A stretch of 45,065 nt of DNA, taken from Patescibacteria group bacterium (GTDB lineage Bacteria > Patescibacteriota > Minisyncoccia > Phycocordibacterales > UBA5272). The translations under genes and the position numbers were made by a program. The stretch covers positions 1 through 45,065 of the forward strand of contig JAUPVR010000004.1 of the NCBI GenBank assembly GCA_030916895.1. Reading direction: 5' to 3'. Of the stretch, positions 18,081 through 27,552 are shown piece by piece. Below the pieces are notes generated by a model. The model was not told the DNA's origin. It made no database searches and saw only the letters and a program-made list of their open reading frames with translations. Each line of letters opens with the position of its first letter. Positions within the stretch are counted from its first letter, which is position 1.

Positions 18081-18830
18081 ATGCCGATTATTCCGAAAAA
18101 ACTCATCATGTTTGATCTTGATGGCACACTTGCCATCAGTAAACAAGCGCTCGACGAGGAAATGACAGATTTGTTAAGAAAGTTACTCGACCACTACAAG
18201 GTTGCGATTATTTCAGGGGGGGCACTTCCCCAATTCCAGAAACAAATTCTTGGCCCACTTAATGCAACGAAAGAACAGCTCGATAACTTTATCCTTATGC
18301 CGACAACATCGGCAAATATTTATACTCACGAGCAAGGAGAATTAAAGCATATTTTTGCCGAACTCTTGACTTCAGATGAAAAGAAAAAAATCTTTCAACA
18401 TTTAAATGAAGCCATAGATTTATTTGGTCTTCGTCCAGAAACACAGTACGGTGAACTTATTGAAGATAGGGGAACACAGGTTTCATATTCAGCACTTGGA
18501 CAAAAAGCACCACCTGAGGTTAAAGCCGTATGGGACCCAACAGGTGCACGAAGAGTTGAAGTTATTGCATATCTTAAGCCATTTCTTCCTGGTTTTTCAA
18601 TACGAAGCGGAGGTGGAACGACAATTGATATTACCCATGAAGGAATAGATAAGGCGCACGGCGTACACCAGGCAATGAAAATTCTCAATATCACACTTTC
18701 AGATATTGTATTTGTTGGAGATGCTCTTTACCCTGGGGGAAATGATGAGGCGGCTAAAACAACCGGCGTTGACTGTATTGAGGTAAAAACGGTTGATGAT
18801 ACAAAAAACTATATCAGAAGTATTCTTTAA
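18081..18830 (+). CDS. HAD-IIB phosphomannomutase (eukaryote-type PMM)
   Basis: FDLDGTL, IISGG, IEDRGTQVSYSALGQ.AP, GGTTIDIT..GIDK, FVGDALYPGGND. Confidence 0.85.
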   Translation: MPIIPKKLIMFDLDGTLAISKQALDEEMTDLLRKLLDHYKVAIISGGALPQFQKQILGPLNATKEQLDNFILMPTTSANIYTHEQGELKHIFAELLTSDEKKKIFQHLNEAIDLFGLRPETQYGELIEDRGTQVSYSALGQKAPPEVKAVWDPTGARRVEVIAYLKPFLPGFSIRSGGGTTIDITHEGIDKAHGVHQAMKILNITLSDIVFVGDALYPGGNDEAAKTTGVDCIEVKTVDDTKNYIRSIL

Positions 18831-18847
18831 GAAGACACCAGCAAACT

Positions 18848-19441
18848 CTATCGTTTATAGTGTGGAGTGATTGTTTTGTAAATGTATCCTGATGCAAGGA
18901 GGGTGATAGGAAATGTTATGAGGAATCCGACGCCAAGTGCAAGAATACCCAAGAAGTTAACAAAGAGGGCTACAACAGAGAAAAGGAAGAGTTTCCAAAA
19001 GTTTCCTTCGGTCATTGAAAAAATTTCTTGTAGCGATTCTCCAATGGTCTTGTGTTCATGTTCTAGTACGTAGTACTGGTAAAACATAAATCGAATACCA
19101 ATATAAATCCCTGGAATAATAAAGAGAAAGAGGCCAAGAATGGTAAGGGTGTGGACAATAATTGAAATAATGAGCATTCTCAAGGGTTTTTTGTAATTTG
19201 CAAAGTATTTTGTTAAGTCGTGTATTTTTGGTTTCCTATCATGGACAATTGTGAGAACAACACTAGAAAGGGAGAGAAGTACAAATACCTTTACAATATA
19301 GCCAATTAAAAAAACCTCTTGAAATATGCTAGTAATACCAAGAAAAATAAGAACAGAAAGTACTAAAAACCATACATGATCTTTCGTTTTTTCCCAACTT
19401 TTCGAAAAGATATTTTCAATGTTAAATGTGTGTGTTGTCAT
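18848..19441 (-). CDS. Integral membrane protein (DUF975-like)
   Basis: GLFLFIIPGIY..RF and TEGNFWKLF motifs, about 5 TMs. ATG 19441 lies 8 nt after TG-C-TATACT. Confidence 0.7.
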   Translation of the reverse strand: MTTHTFNIENIFSKSWEKTKDHVWFLVLSVLIFLGITSIFQEVFLIGYIVKVFVLLSLSSVVLTIVHDRKPKIHDLTKYFANYKKPLRMLIISIIVHTLTILGLFLFIIPGIYIGIRFMFYQYYVLEHEHKTIGESLQEIFSMTEGNFWKLFLFSVVALFVNFLGILALGVGFLITFPITLLASGYIYKTITPHYKR

Positions 19442-19505
19442 ATGATGTAAGTATAGCAATCTTTTTAAAAAAGTTTGGTATACTCTGTGTGTAACCAAAA
19501 GAATT

Positions 19506-19871
19506 ATGCACATAACAATCACAGGAGTACATTTGGAGATTACGGAAGCAATAAGGAACTATACGCTTGAGAAGATAAAAACAATCGAAAAGTATGTTCC
19601 AAAAGGGGATTCTAGCGCGCATGCGCAGATTGAGCTTTCTAAGACAACGCACCACCATACGAACGGGGATGTGTTCCAGGCGGAAGCTGTAGTGCACATA
19701 CGCGGAAATGATTTTACCGTTCGCACCACTCAGGATGATTTGTACAAAGCAATAGATACACTTAAAGATATGCTGACACGAGAACTTGCGGCATATAAAG
19801 ATAAAGAGAGGTCTATTCTACGAAGAGGAGCATACAAGGTTAAGCAGTTACTAAAGAAATTAACAGATTAA
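19506..19871 (+). CDS. hpf: Ribosome hibernation promoting factor / RaiA
   Basis: MHITITG.HLEITEAIRNY..EKI and DLYKAID motifs. Confidence 0.9.
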   Translation: MHITITGVHLEITEAIRNYTLEKIKTIEKYVPKGDSSAHAQIELSKTTHHHTNGDVFQAEAVVHIRGNDFTVRTTQDDLYKAIDTLKDMLTRELAAYKDKERSILRRGAYKVKQLLKKLTD

Positions 19872-19887
19872 GTAAATTAGGGTATTT

Positions 19888-20601
19888 ATGGATAATGATG
19901 TCAAATTAACATATGGGGTTATTGCAGGACTTGTTGTTGTCCTTGCGGTGTTAGCTTTTTTCTTGCAAGGAAGTTTGATTAGCTTAGATACAAACAATGT
20001 AGTGGAAAATGCAACTTCAACTCGTGTAATAACAACAAAACCAAAGTCAGACGACACAACACAAACGACATCATCTTCTAGCCCATCGACACCAACTATG
20101 GATTTACCAGAACAATATTCGAAAGCAATTATTACGACAAACAAGGGTAGTATAGAAATAACATTTGCATCTAGTACACCAAAGACAGTTGAGAACTTTG
20201 CAAAACTTGCAGTGTCTGGGTTTTACAACGGAACGCGATTTCATCGAATTATTAATGACTTCATGATTCAAGGAGGTGATCCACTTTCTAAGGATGTTAC
20301 CAAGAAGAACATTTGGGGGACCGGTGGACCAGGATACTCTTTTGCTGACGAGGTGTATCCAGAGACTGACAAGATGGTTCGTGGTGTTATTGCTATGGCA
20401 AACTCTGGCCCAAACACAAATGGCAGCCAGTTTTTTATCGTAACCGCCCAAGCCGGTGCGCCATGGCTTGTTGGTAAACACACCATCTTTGGTACAGTAA
20501 CTAAGGGTATGGATGTAGCCCTTCTTATTCAAAATGTTCAAACTGATGGTTCAGATAGACCAACGCAAGATATTCTCGTAGAGAAAGTAGAAATACAATA
20601 A
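19888..20601 (+). CDS. Cyclophilin-type peptidyl-prolyl isomerase with N-terminal TM and S/T-rich linker
   Basis: FHRII.DFMIQGGDP, AMANSGPNTNGSQFFI, HTIFG.V..GMD. Confidence 0.93.
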   Translation: MDNDVKLTYGVIAGLVVVLAVLAFFLQGSLISLDTNNVVENATSTRVITTKPKSDDTTQTTSSSSPSTPTMDLPEQYSKAIITTNKGSIEITFASSTPKTVENFAKLAVSGFYNGTRFHRIINDFMIQGGDPLSKDVTKKNIWGTGGPGYSFADEVYPETDKMVRGVIAMANSGPNTNGSQFFIVTAQAGAPWLVGKHTIFGTVTKGMDVALLIQNVQTDGSDRPTQDILVEKVEIQ

Positions 20602-20612
20602 TAGGGACTAGA

Positions 20613-20648
20613 AAAATCAAAACCGCACAATCGTGCGGTTTTGATTTT
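20613..20648. terminator. Bidirectional terminator
   Basis: AAAATCAAAACCGCAC-aatc-GTGCGGTTTTGATTTT perfect inverted repeat between convergent genes. Confidence 0.8.
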
Positions 20649-20675
20649 ATTTCTTCTTGTTTGCTCATCTTTTAT

Positions 20676-21557
20676 CTACCCCATGTATCCTCGTTTAAAA
20701 CTCTCAAAGTCCATTTTTGATTTTCCTTCAGGTGTAACTTCTAGAATAATGTCTTTAGCTGTTCCTCCAATAATTTGCGTTGATAGGTCAACAAGAGTTA
20801 CTTTTACACGAATTTGTTTTCCGTCGTGATTGTGAAAAAAATAAAGGCCAGGCCAAGGGGTGAGTCCTCTAAACTTTCTTTGTACTTCTTCTGCTTTTGT
20901 TTCGAGAGTTATTTCACCTAAACTTTTTTCTATTTTTTTACAAAATGTCGCCTTGTTGTGATCTTGCTCCTTTGGGACGAGTGTTCCGTCAAGATAATGG
21001 GAAAGAGTTTGAGAAAGTAATTCTCCCCCTAACTGTCCACAGGTAATTTCCATAGTTCCCGCCGTTTCCCTGGTATCAATCATGAATGCAGACTGTACAA
21101 GAATCGGGCCATGATCCATTTCTTTGTCTAGTTTAATAATTGAAACCCCTGTTGTCAGGGTGCCATCTAGTAACGTACTCTCAATTGGGGAAGCTCCGCG
21201 ATATAAGGGAAGGAGTGACGGGTGAACATTTAAAAAGCCGTGCCTCGGAAATGAAAGAATATTCTCGGGAATTATTTTTCCATAGGAAGCAACAATCGCG
21301 ACATCAAACACCTTAGTAAGAAGAGGGGAATTATGTGGAAGTTCGCGCAGTGTTTCTGGTTGGTACACAGGAATATTTTTCATCTCACACCAAGTTTTTA
21401 TGTGTGGTGCGGTTAGGTGCATATGGCGTCCTTGAGGGGTGTCCGGTTTTGTTACGACAAGCGTAGGTATAAAATTATTTCGGACAAGCGTTGCAAGCAC
21501 GCTCTCTGCTAGTGGCCCCGTTCCGAAAAAAACAAAAGAAAGAGAAGAAGGTTGCAT
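20676..21557 (-). CDS. fmt: Methionyl-tRNA formyltransferase
   Basis: FFGT, VVTKPD.P.GR, NVHPSLLP.YRGASP, MDHGPI. Adjacent to def. Confidence 0.95.
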   Translation of the reverse strand: MQPSSLSFVFFGTGPLAESVLATLVRNNFIPTLVVTKPDTPQGRHMHLTAPHIKTWCEMKNIPVYQPETLRELPHNSPLLTKVFDVAIVASYGKIIPENILSFPRHGFLNVHPSLLPLYRGASPIESTLLDGTLTTGVSIIKLDKEMDHGPILVQSAFMIDTRETAGTMEITCGQLGGELLSQTLSHYLDGTLVPKEQDHNKATFCKKIEKSLGEITLETKAEEVQRKFRGLTPWPGLYFFHNHDGKQIRVKVTLVDLSTQIIGGTAKDIILEVTPEGKSKMDFESFKRGYMG

Positions 21558-21560
21558 GTG

Positions 21561-22106
21561 TTATTTATGGCCGGCATTCATTTCGGCCTCCTTTACCTCC
21601 TCTTCTGAATATTCCTCTAACTCAAACCCGTGATCTGTAAAGAGTATTCCTTCAAGGTGGTCGGTTTCATGTTGAAATATTTGTGCGAGAAGTCCTGATG
21701 CCCCAAAAGAAAACTTATTTCCCATTTCATCATACGCTTCTACGGTTGCAGAAACAGAGCGATTGGTTTTTCCATAGATCCACCTAACAGAGAGACATCC
21801 TTCCTGCACATTGACATGTTTTTTTGAAACCTTGGTAAGGACGGGGTTGATAAAAACAAGAGGTTTCCACTTCGCTTCTTTCTTGTAAGCGCTTGGTGCA
21901 ATCACAAAAATCCTCTTCGTGATGCCAATTTGTGGTGCAGCTAAAGCAACGCCATCACTTTCTTTGGCTAGCACTTGCTGCATAAGCTTTATTGTTTCAA
22001 GTAATTCTTTTCCGCCGAATTCACTCTTTTTAATAGGTGAAGCGGTCACCCGAAGCGGATTATTTTTACTGTCATCAATTTGGACTATTTCTCCTAGTTT
22101 TTTCAT
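21561..22106 (-). CDS. def: Peptide deformylase
   Basis: GVALAAPQIG, EGCLS and QHETDHL motifs. Confidence 0.96.
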   Translation of the reverse strand: MKKLGEIVQIDDSKNNPLRVTASPIKKSEFGGKELLETIKLMQQVLAKESDGVALAAPQIGITKRIFVIAPSAYKKEAKWKPLVFINPVLTKVSKKHVNVQEGCLSVRWIYGKTNRSVSATVEAYDEMGNKFSFGASGLLAQIFQHETDHLEGILFTDHGFELEEYSEEEVKEAEMNAGHK

Positions 22107-22131
22107 ATCCTTACTCTATCATGTTTTTGTT

Positions 22132-23994
22132 TTACATAAAAAAATGAAGTGGGTTTACTTGAGGTTTTCCACTTTCAAGAACGTATCTTATTTTTTCGCG
22201 AAGCTCACGATCATTACTCCATGTTGCTTCTTTAATATGAATAAAAAGAAGAGTAATACCACGTCCAGCCTCGAACCAATCAAGAACATACGTATCAAAT
22301 GCTTGTGACATTTTTGCACGCATTTCATCGGAAAGGTTTTCAAATGTAGCTTTTACAACAATATAGTACGGAGGAAGCAATGTTTCCTCTCGCTCACGTA
22401 GCATGTCCTGGTATACCGTGACGTATGAGCTTGCTTGTAAGTGTCTAATGACGGGCATTTTTTTGAGACGAGTTTGGAGTATGAGTCGTCCGTTATGATC
22501 TTGGGTTTGTTTTACTTTTTCTGCAAGTTCTGTCACAAGAGTTATAATTTTTTCATCAGTTCTATATTCAGGAAGTGAGAATAGAGAATCAAGTGAGAGA
22601 ATTGTTGCTCCATCACATTCCTCAATCAAATTATGAGCCATTTCTGTTCCAATGAGAACAGCATACTGACTTTCTTTCCATTGCTTGTAAACTTTTTTGG
22701 CTTTGGTTCTTGTATTCGTGCGCTCGCTATCAATGACAAAAACCGGGAGGCCAAGGCGTTTAAGTTCTTCTTCAACACCCGTTGTTGCAATTCCAAGTGT
22801 CACCATTCGCCATCCGCCACAATGTCTACACGCCAGGGTGTTGTCTTTGTTGACGGAAACAACATGCTCACACTCATGACAGACATAGGTTCGTACACCG
22901 CCAATTTTGTGTAACACGTAAGGACGATTACATTTTTCACAGGCAAAAATAGTTCCGCAGTCTGCACACACCGTTGTCGGGTACATACCTTTTCTATGTG
23001 CGTAAAGAAAGTAGTGTCCTTTTTTTGCTTTTTTAATACCATGTAACGTCGCGAGTGTTTTGTGTGAGAGGTATGGTGATGCAGATTGGTTCTCATCATG
23101 CATTGGCACAATATCAAGAGGGGCATCATTTCTTGAGTGAAGTGGCATAACCTCAAACGCTTCATGTTTTTTGTAGAGGAGCTGTGCATCAAGTGAAAGC
23201 ATGTGCGAACCACGAATGAGTGGAAGACTTGTCTCTTTGGCAAGTCGTACAAGTACTCCCCGTATGTCATACCCATGATCTCCGTGTGTGTAATAGTACT
23301 GGCTGTGCTCACGTTCAATGACAACAAGACCTAAATCTTTACGTAACCAGGGAACAAGTGATGGGGTACTTAAGATAAGTAGGGGGTGTTCTTCTTGTTT
23401 TAGTTTTGAAATAGAAAGGGAAAGATTTTTTTCAGATAATCCACTATGAAATGGAACAACATAGTCTTCAATACCAAAAGAAAGAAGTGCCTGAGTATGC
23501 TCAATGTCACTTATTGTTGGAAAAAAAATAACGAGTGATTGTTTTTTTGCAAATGTTTCCCTAATGGTTGACTTATATCGTGTCATTCTGTCTTTATAGG
23601 GTTGCTGGAGAAGGAGATTTTCAAATCCACGGGCGTTTTCTGGTTGTACAAAGTCTGCATCAACAGAAAACATTTTTTCTGGGATAAGATCGTACATACT
23701 TTTTCCTAATGGGATAAGTTGATATGAAGCACTTTTGTCGAGCGCTTTCCATAAATTTTCATGAATATAAGATTTTTTGATAACTCGATTTATTTTTTTT
23801 ATGCGAAAGTTTGCATGTCGAAGTGACTGTTTCTCCTCTTTTAAAGGAGAGGCATTTATGACGATCGCACGACAAATGCGTTTCTTGATAGTAATTGCAA
23901 CAAGATCTCCAGAATGCAGTTCTTCTTTTGAAAAATAAGAAAGCTCTTCGTAGGGGATTCCGGATACAAGCGGAGCGACCGATAAGACGTACAT
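22132..23994 (-). CDS. priA: Primosomal protein N' (PriA), helicase motifs degenerate
   Basis: N-terminal 3'-binding-like domain and four CxxC pairs (CADC, CEKC, CHEC, CRHC), G...VEEEL, LQTR, LPPY. Upstream of def-fmt. No Walker A. Confidence 0.85.
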   Translation of the reverse strand: MYVLSVAPLVSGIPYEELSYFSKEELHSGDLVAITIKKRICRAIVINASPLKEEKQSLRHANFRIKKINRVIKKSYIHENLWKALDKSASYQLIPLGKSMYDLIPEKMFSVDADFVQPENARGFENLLLQQPYKDRMTRYKSTIRETFAKKQSLVIFFPTISDIEHTQALLSFGIEDYVVPFHSGLSEKNLSLSISKLKQEEHPLLILSTPSLVPWLRKDLGLVVIEREHSQYYYTHGDHGYDIRGVLVRLAKETSLPLIRGSHMLSLDAQLLYKKHEAFEVMPLHSRNDAPLDIVPMHDENQSASPYLSHKTLATLHGIKKAKKGHYFLYAHRKGMYPTTVCADCGTIFACEKCNRPYVLHKIGGVRTYVCHECEHVVSVNKDNTLACRHCGGWRMVTLGIATTGVEEELKRLGLPVFVIDSERTNTRTKAKKVYKQWKESQYAVLIGTEMAHNLIEECDGATILSLDSLFSLPEYRTDEKIITLVTELAEKVKQTQDHNGRLILQTRLKKMPVIRHLQASSYVTVYQDMLREREETLLPPYYIVVKATFENLSDEMRAKMSQAFDTYVLDWFEAGRGITLLFIHIKEATWSNDRELREKIRYVLESGKPQVNPLHFFM

Positions 23995-24114
23995 GGCCTT
24001 AAGTATACAGGAAAAAAAGTAATAAAAATATGCCTTATTTTTTGTGACATCAGTAAAAAAGCCTTATAAATCAATGATTGTATGATCGGTTTTTGTGTTA
24101 TAATGGTTGGCACT

Positions 24115-25128
24115 ATGGGATTTTTCTCACAAAAACTTGGCATTGATCTTGGTACCGCAAACACACTGGTTTATGTCCCAAAAAAAGGCGTTGTCCTTGT
24201 GGAACCATCAGTTGTTGCAGTTTCTGAGTTTGATAATCGTATTTTGGCTGTTGGTAATGAAGCAAAAGATATGATTGGTAAAACACCAGATTCAATCATT
24301 GCTTATCGTCCAATGCGTGATGGAGTAATTGCAGACTATCGAGTCACGGAAGCAATGCTTCGTTACTACATTAATAAAGCACTCGGTGGTTTTAACATTT
24401 TTAAACCAGACGTGATGATATCTGTTCCTGCGGGAGTAACATCAACCGAACGACGTGCAGTGATTGAGGCTGCGATTAAAGCGGGGGCAAAGAATGCGTA
24501 TGTGGTGAAAGAACCAATTCTCGCCGCAATTGGTGCTGGTATCAAAATTCACGAAGCGCAAGGAAGAATGATTGTTGACATTGGTGGAGGCACAACCGAC
24601 GTCGCGGTAATTTCACTTGGGGGTATTGTTTGTAGTACATCAGTAAAGTGTGCTGGAAATAAGATTGATCAAGCAATTATTGATCACATGAAAAAAACAT
24701 ACAATCTTTCGATTGGCGATCAGACGGCAGAGGAGATTAAAGTAACCATCGGAGCAGCTCTTCCGCTTGAGGAAGAGTTATCAATGAAAGTTAAGGGGCG
24801 TGATTTTATTGCCGGACTTCCTCGTACAGTTGAGGTTAAGACAAATGAAATTGTGAAGGCAATTGATAAAGAACTTCGTCTCATGATTAAAGCAATTAAA
24901 GATGTGCTTCAGGAAACTCCACCAGAGCTAGCATCAGATATTATCGACAACGGCATTATTATGTCAGGTGGTTCTTCAATGCTTCGCCATTTTCCAGATC
25001 TCGTTGAACGTCGTACTGGCGTAAAGGCGGTGCTTGCTGAAGATGCTTTCTTTTGTGTTGCAAAGGGGACTGGAATTGCACTTGAGCATTTGGATACATA
25101 CAAGCGAAGTATTTTCGCGAAAAAATAA
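24115..25128 (+). CDS. mreB: Rod shape-determining actin homolog (stand-alone MreB/Mbl paralog)
   Basis: GIDLGTANT, EPSVVA, DIGGGTTD, TPPELASDI. ATG 24115 follows TG-T-TATAAT. Confidence 0.93.
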   Translation: MGFFSQKLGIDLGTANTLVYVPKKGVVLVEPSVVAVSEFDNRILAVGNEAKDMIGKTPDSIIAYRPMRDGVIADYRVTEAMLRYYINKALGGFNIFKPDVMISVPAGVTSTERRAVIEAAIKAGAKNAYVVKEPILAAIGAGIKIHEAQGRMIVDIGGGTTDVAVISLGGIVCSTSVKCAGNKIDQAIIDHMKKTYNLSIGDQTAEEIKVTIGAALPLEEELSMKVKGRDFIAGLPRTVEVKTNEIVKAIDKELRLMIKAIKDVLQETPPELASDIIDNGIIMSGGSSMLRHFPDLVERRTGVKAVLAEDAFFCVAKGTGIALEHLDTYKRSIFAKK

Positions 25129-25131
25129 AGA

Positions 25132-25158
25132 ACCGCGCGATGCAAGCATCACGCGGTG
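25132..25158. terminator. Hairpin between convergent genes, overlapping a stop codon
   Basis: ACCGCGCGATGC-aa-GCATCACGCGGT, with an A-run on the left (U-tract for the minus strand). Confidence 0.55.
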
Positions 25159-26318
25159 TCGGAAAACAGGGTTCCTGTTTCAGAAACGGAAAAAGAACGA
25201 TCTTTGTACTTGGGTTGGAATACAAGAGGGTGTTCCCAAGTACTTTTTTGTGTGTAGGTTTTTGTACTGACCGGGCCGGTACAACACTTCTCAATCGGAC
25301 AAAGAACATCAGCGCCTTTTTGCCTCGTGCAAACGTCGCACATCTTGGCGCCATTTTGCCACAATGCATGTGCAAGGTCGACCTTACTTTTACTAAAGCG
25401 CGCACAGAAGCCACACAAGTAAGGACGCAAGACCCGTTCAAGCATGCTCGCGATGACCCGTTCTTTAAGCAAAACGGTTTTGGTTTGCAGAAAGAATCGT
25501 TGCACATGGACATCAACAGCAAACGCATCGTCCGGCATCGGAAACTTGCCAAGCTCTTCGTAAAAGAGGAAAAGGAGGGATGTTATTTTTGGTCCGAACC
25601 CAGGCAGGGAAAGCGAACCAACTTCTTTTCTCCAGTTCTTCTTAAACGCAAGGACTCCAGCAACCGTACCACCACAGTACTCAAGTAGCTTGATGGGATC
25701 TCCAGCAAAGCACTTGAACAACGTTCTGGCCTGGTGTGGCCAGTACCTGCTTGTATCTTCGGGGATGCCGAACTTGAACTCACGCAAGATTTTCTCAAGC
25801 TCACGCGGTTCAAGGTGTTGCGCTTCGCCACGGTACAGTCCTGGTTTTTCGTGGTAAAGAAGCGAGTGATTTCGGTATACGTTCGTGCTCTCTTGCCTCC
25901 TATCCGAACCAACTGTTGGAAAAAGCCACTGAAGGTGATCACGCGAACCAATTTTCATCGGCTCAATCGCTTTCTCTTCTTCAGATGTTCCGTCGAGATT
26001 GATTTGGGTCGGCACTTTTCCATGAAACACGCTTGGCATGAGAACGTTCTGTGGGGCGTTTGCAACGTTGTTGTGTTGGTAATGCCCCAATCCTCGATTA
26101 AACCAAAAAAGCATTTCAAGGAGGATGTCGTCCGCCCTTTTTGTATCAAACCACAGGCGGTCATTTTCGTAGGGTTCGCCAGATTTCGGCGGATCATACA
26201 GGCGCATCAGCTCTTCATCAAACAAGCTTTCGCCCGATGCTGATTTTCTTGGGGATGTAACCGCCGACGAGAAGAGCGCCGGCGTAATAATTCCTTTTTC
26301 CGGTGCGATGGCGCTCAT
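25149..26318 (-). CDS. HhH-GPD (endonuclease III-like) DNA glycosylase/lyase with N-terminal extension and variant Fe-S motif
   Basis: HhH LSLPGFGPKIT (catalytic Lys), AVDVHVQR (catalytic Asp), LWQNG..CDVC-x9-CPIEKCC. SD AAAGGA. Confidence 0.75.
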   Translation of the reverse strand: MSAIAPEKGIITPALFSSAVTSPRKSASGESLFDEELMRLYDPPKSGEPYENDRLWFDTKRADDILLEMLFWFNRGLGHYQHNNVANAPQNVLMPSVFHGKVPTQINLDGTSEEEKAIEPMKIGSRDHLQWLFPTVGSDRRQESTNVYRNHSLLYHEKPGLYRGEAQHLEPRELEKILREFKFGIPEDTSRYWPHQARTLFKCFAGDPIKLLEYCGGTVAGVLAFKKNWRKEVGSLSLPGFGPKITSLLFLFYEELGKFPMPDDAFAVDVHVQRFFLQTKTVLLKERVIASMLERVLRPYLCGFCARFSKSKVDLAHALWQNGAKMCDVCTRQKGADVLCPIEKCCTGPVSTKTYTQKSTWEHPLVFQPKYKDRSFSVSETGTLFSDTA

Positions 26319-26333
26319 CTCTATTCCTTTCGG

Positions 26334-27398
26334 TTAGAATTCAGCGTGGTACTCAGGAAGGGGAACTTCTTCTGTTTGTTTGCTTACCCGCCAAGCTTCT
26401 CTTGCTTCTTTCTGAAGCTCTTTTGACGGGAGCACTTCCACGCGCAAGCAATGCTTAGGAAGCGTTACCCTTTTTTTGTCGAGTTTCGGGTGCGTTGCAA
26501 TAGAAAGAGGGCACAGAGTGGTAACGGTATTCATCTTTCCATACCTTTGTTCAAGGTTTAGAAGACGCATCTCGTACCACTCTTTTTTCTTGCGCAAGGG
26601 AACACAAAGGAGATCAAGGATACGCTCAAGAAGGTCTCGGTACTTTGTTCTATTTTTCTTACTTAAGTACTCCAGGACAACAGCGATTTGTTCTTCGGTG
26701 TAGCGACGCTTCATTCTTGAGACGATAATCCGAACACCCTTGTGCGCTTCCATTTGTTTCTTTGAGTATCGAGCATGCTTTAATCCTTTTAGCTCGTATA
26801 TGACTTGTTTGGCAAATGACACTATAAAGTCCATATCTCGCCCTTGTCTATTTCTTGCCAAGAGCAAGTACTCAAGAAGGGTTGGTTCGTTGGGAACTGT
26901 TATAAACGCCCCACGAGGAAACTCGCGGTACGAGTTTTTCCCAATTTGCTTGCGAAAGATAACCAGCTTTCTTTTCCGCAAATCTTCATCGATGATACGC
27001 CCAATAGTTTCAGAAATGGTTGGCATGATTTTCACCAACTCTTCATCACAAAGAGGGGAGTACCAACGACGACGCATGACATATTTCTTTCCATCCTCTT
27101 TCCATCTAAATTCTTCGTACGGAACAGAGGGCCCAAAAGCGATTTCAAGACGAACCGCTTCGGAGATGTTCTCTCTGTGGGCATAGACGGGTCCGATGAC
27201 GGTAAGATAATTTCCACGATAGACAAAGTCAGGGTGGATATCAACAGACGCAACCGTGCCGTCTTTCGAAAGGGTAATCACAGCCCGGCTCAATGCACGC
27301 ATCATTGCCGTTTTTCTTTCCAGTTGTTCTTTTGCTCGTTTTGGTGTCCATCCACTTTTTAAGGGGACACCATCACGAAAACGTGTATCTGCTCTCAT
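26334..27398 (-). CDS. Hypothetical highly basic protein
   Basis: 354-aa ORF with SD AAGGAG and an upstream TTTACT-17nt-TAGAAT promoter. 15 nt from the glycosylase gene. Confidence 0.7.
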   Translation of the reverse strand: MRADTRFRDGVPLKSGWTPKRAKEQLERKTAMMRALSRAVITLSKDGTVASVDIHPDFVYRGNYLTVIGPVYAHRENISEAVRLEIAFGPSVPYEEFRWKEDGKKYVMRRRWYSPLCDEELVKIMPTISETIGRIIDEDLRKRKLVIFRKQIGKNSYREFPRGAFITVPNEPTLLEYLLLARNRQGRDMDFIVSFAKQVIYELKGLKHARYSKKQMEAHKGVRIIVSRMKRRYTEEQIAVVLEYLSKKNRTKYRDLLERILDLLCVPLRKKKEWYEMRLLNLEQRYGKMNTVTTLCPLSIATHPKLDKKRVTLPKHCLRVEVLPSKELQKEAREAWRVSKQTEEVPLPEYHAEF

Positions 27399-27552
27399 GG
27401 TGTGTCTCCTTGGGTTTATGTGGGGAAAGACGTTCTTTTTCTTTTTTTAAACGAACAGTCGGGTTCATTCTACGCGTATTTAGGTAAATAGTAAACATCA
27501 ACTTTTCCAGTGCTTTTTATCAAATTTTGCTATACTTTCAAGTACTACTTTT

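Noticed and set aside
20030-20100. Low-complexity ACA/TCA-rich repeat
   Set aside because: It simply encodes the Ser/Thr-rich linker of the membrane-anchored cyclophilin.
24959-27362. Long alternative-frame and antisense ORFs (197, 182, 169, 148, 172 aa) over the glycosylase cassette
   Set aside because: They overlap motif-bearing, SD-led genes, have no recognisable motifs, and are expected shadows in higher-GC DNA.
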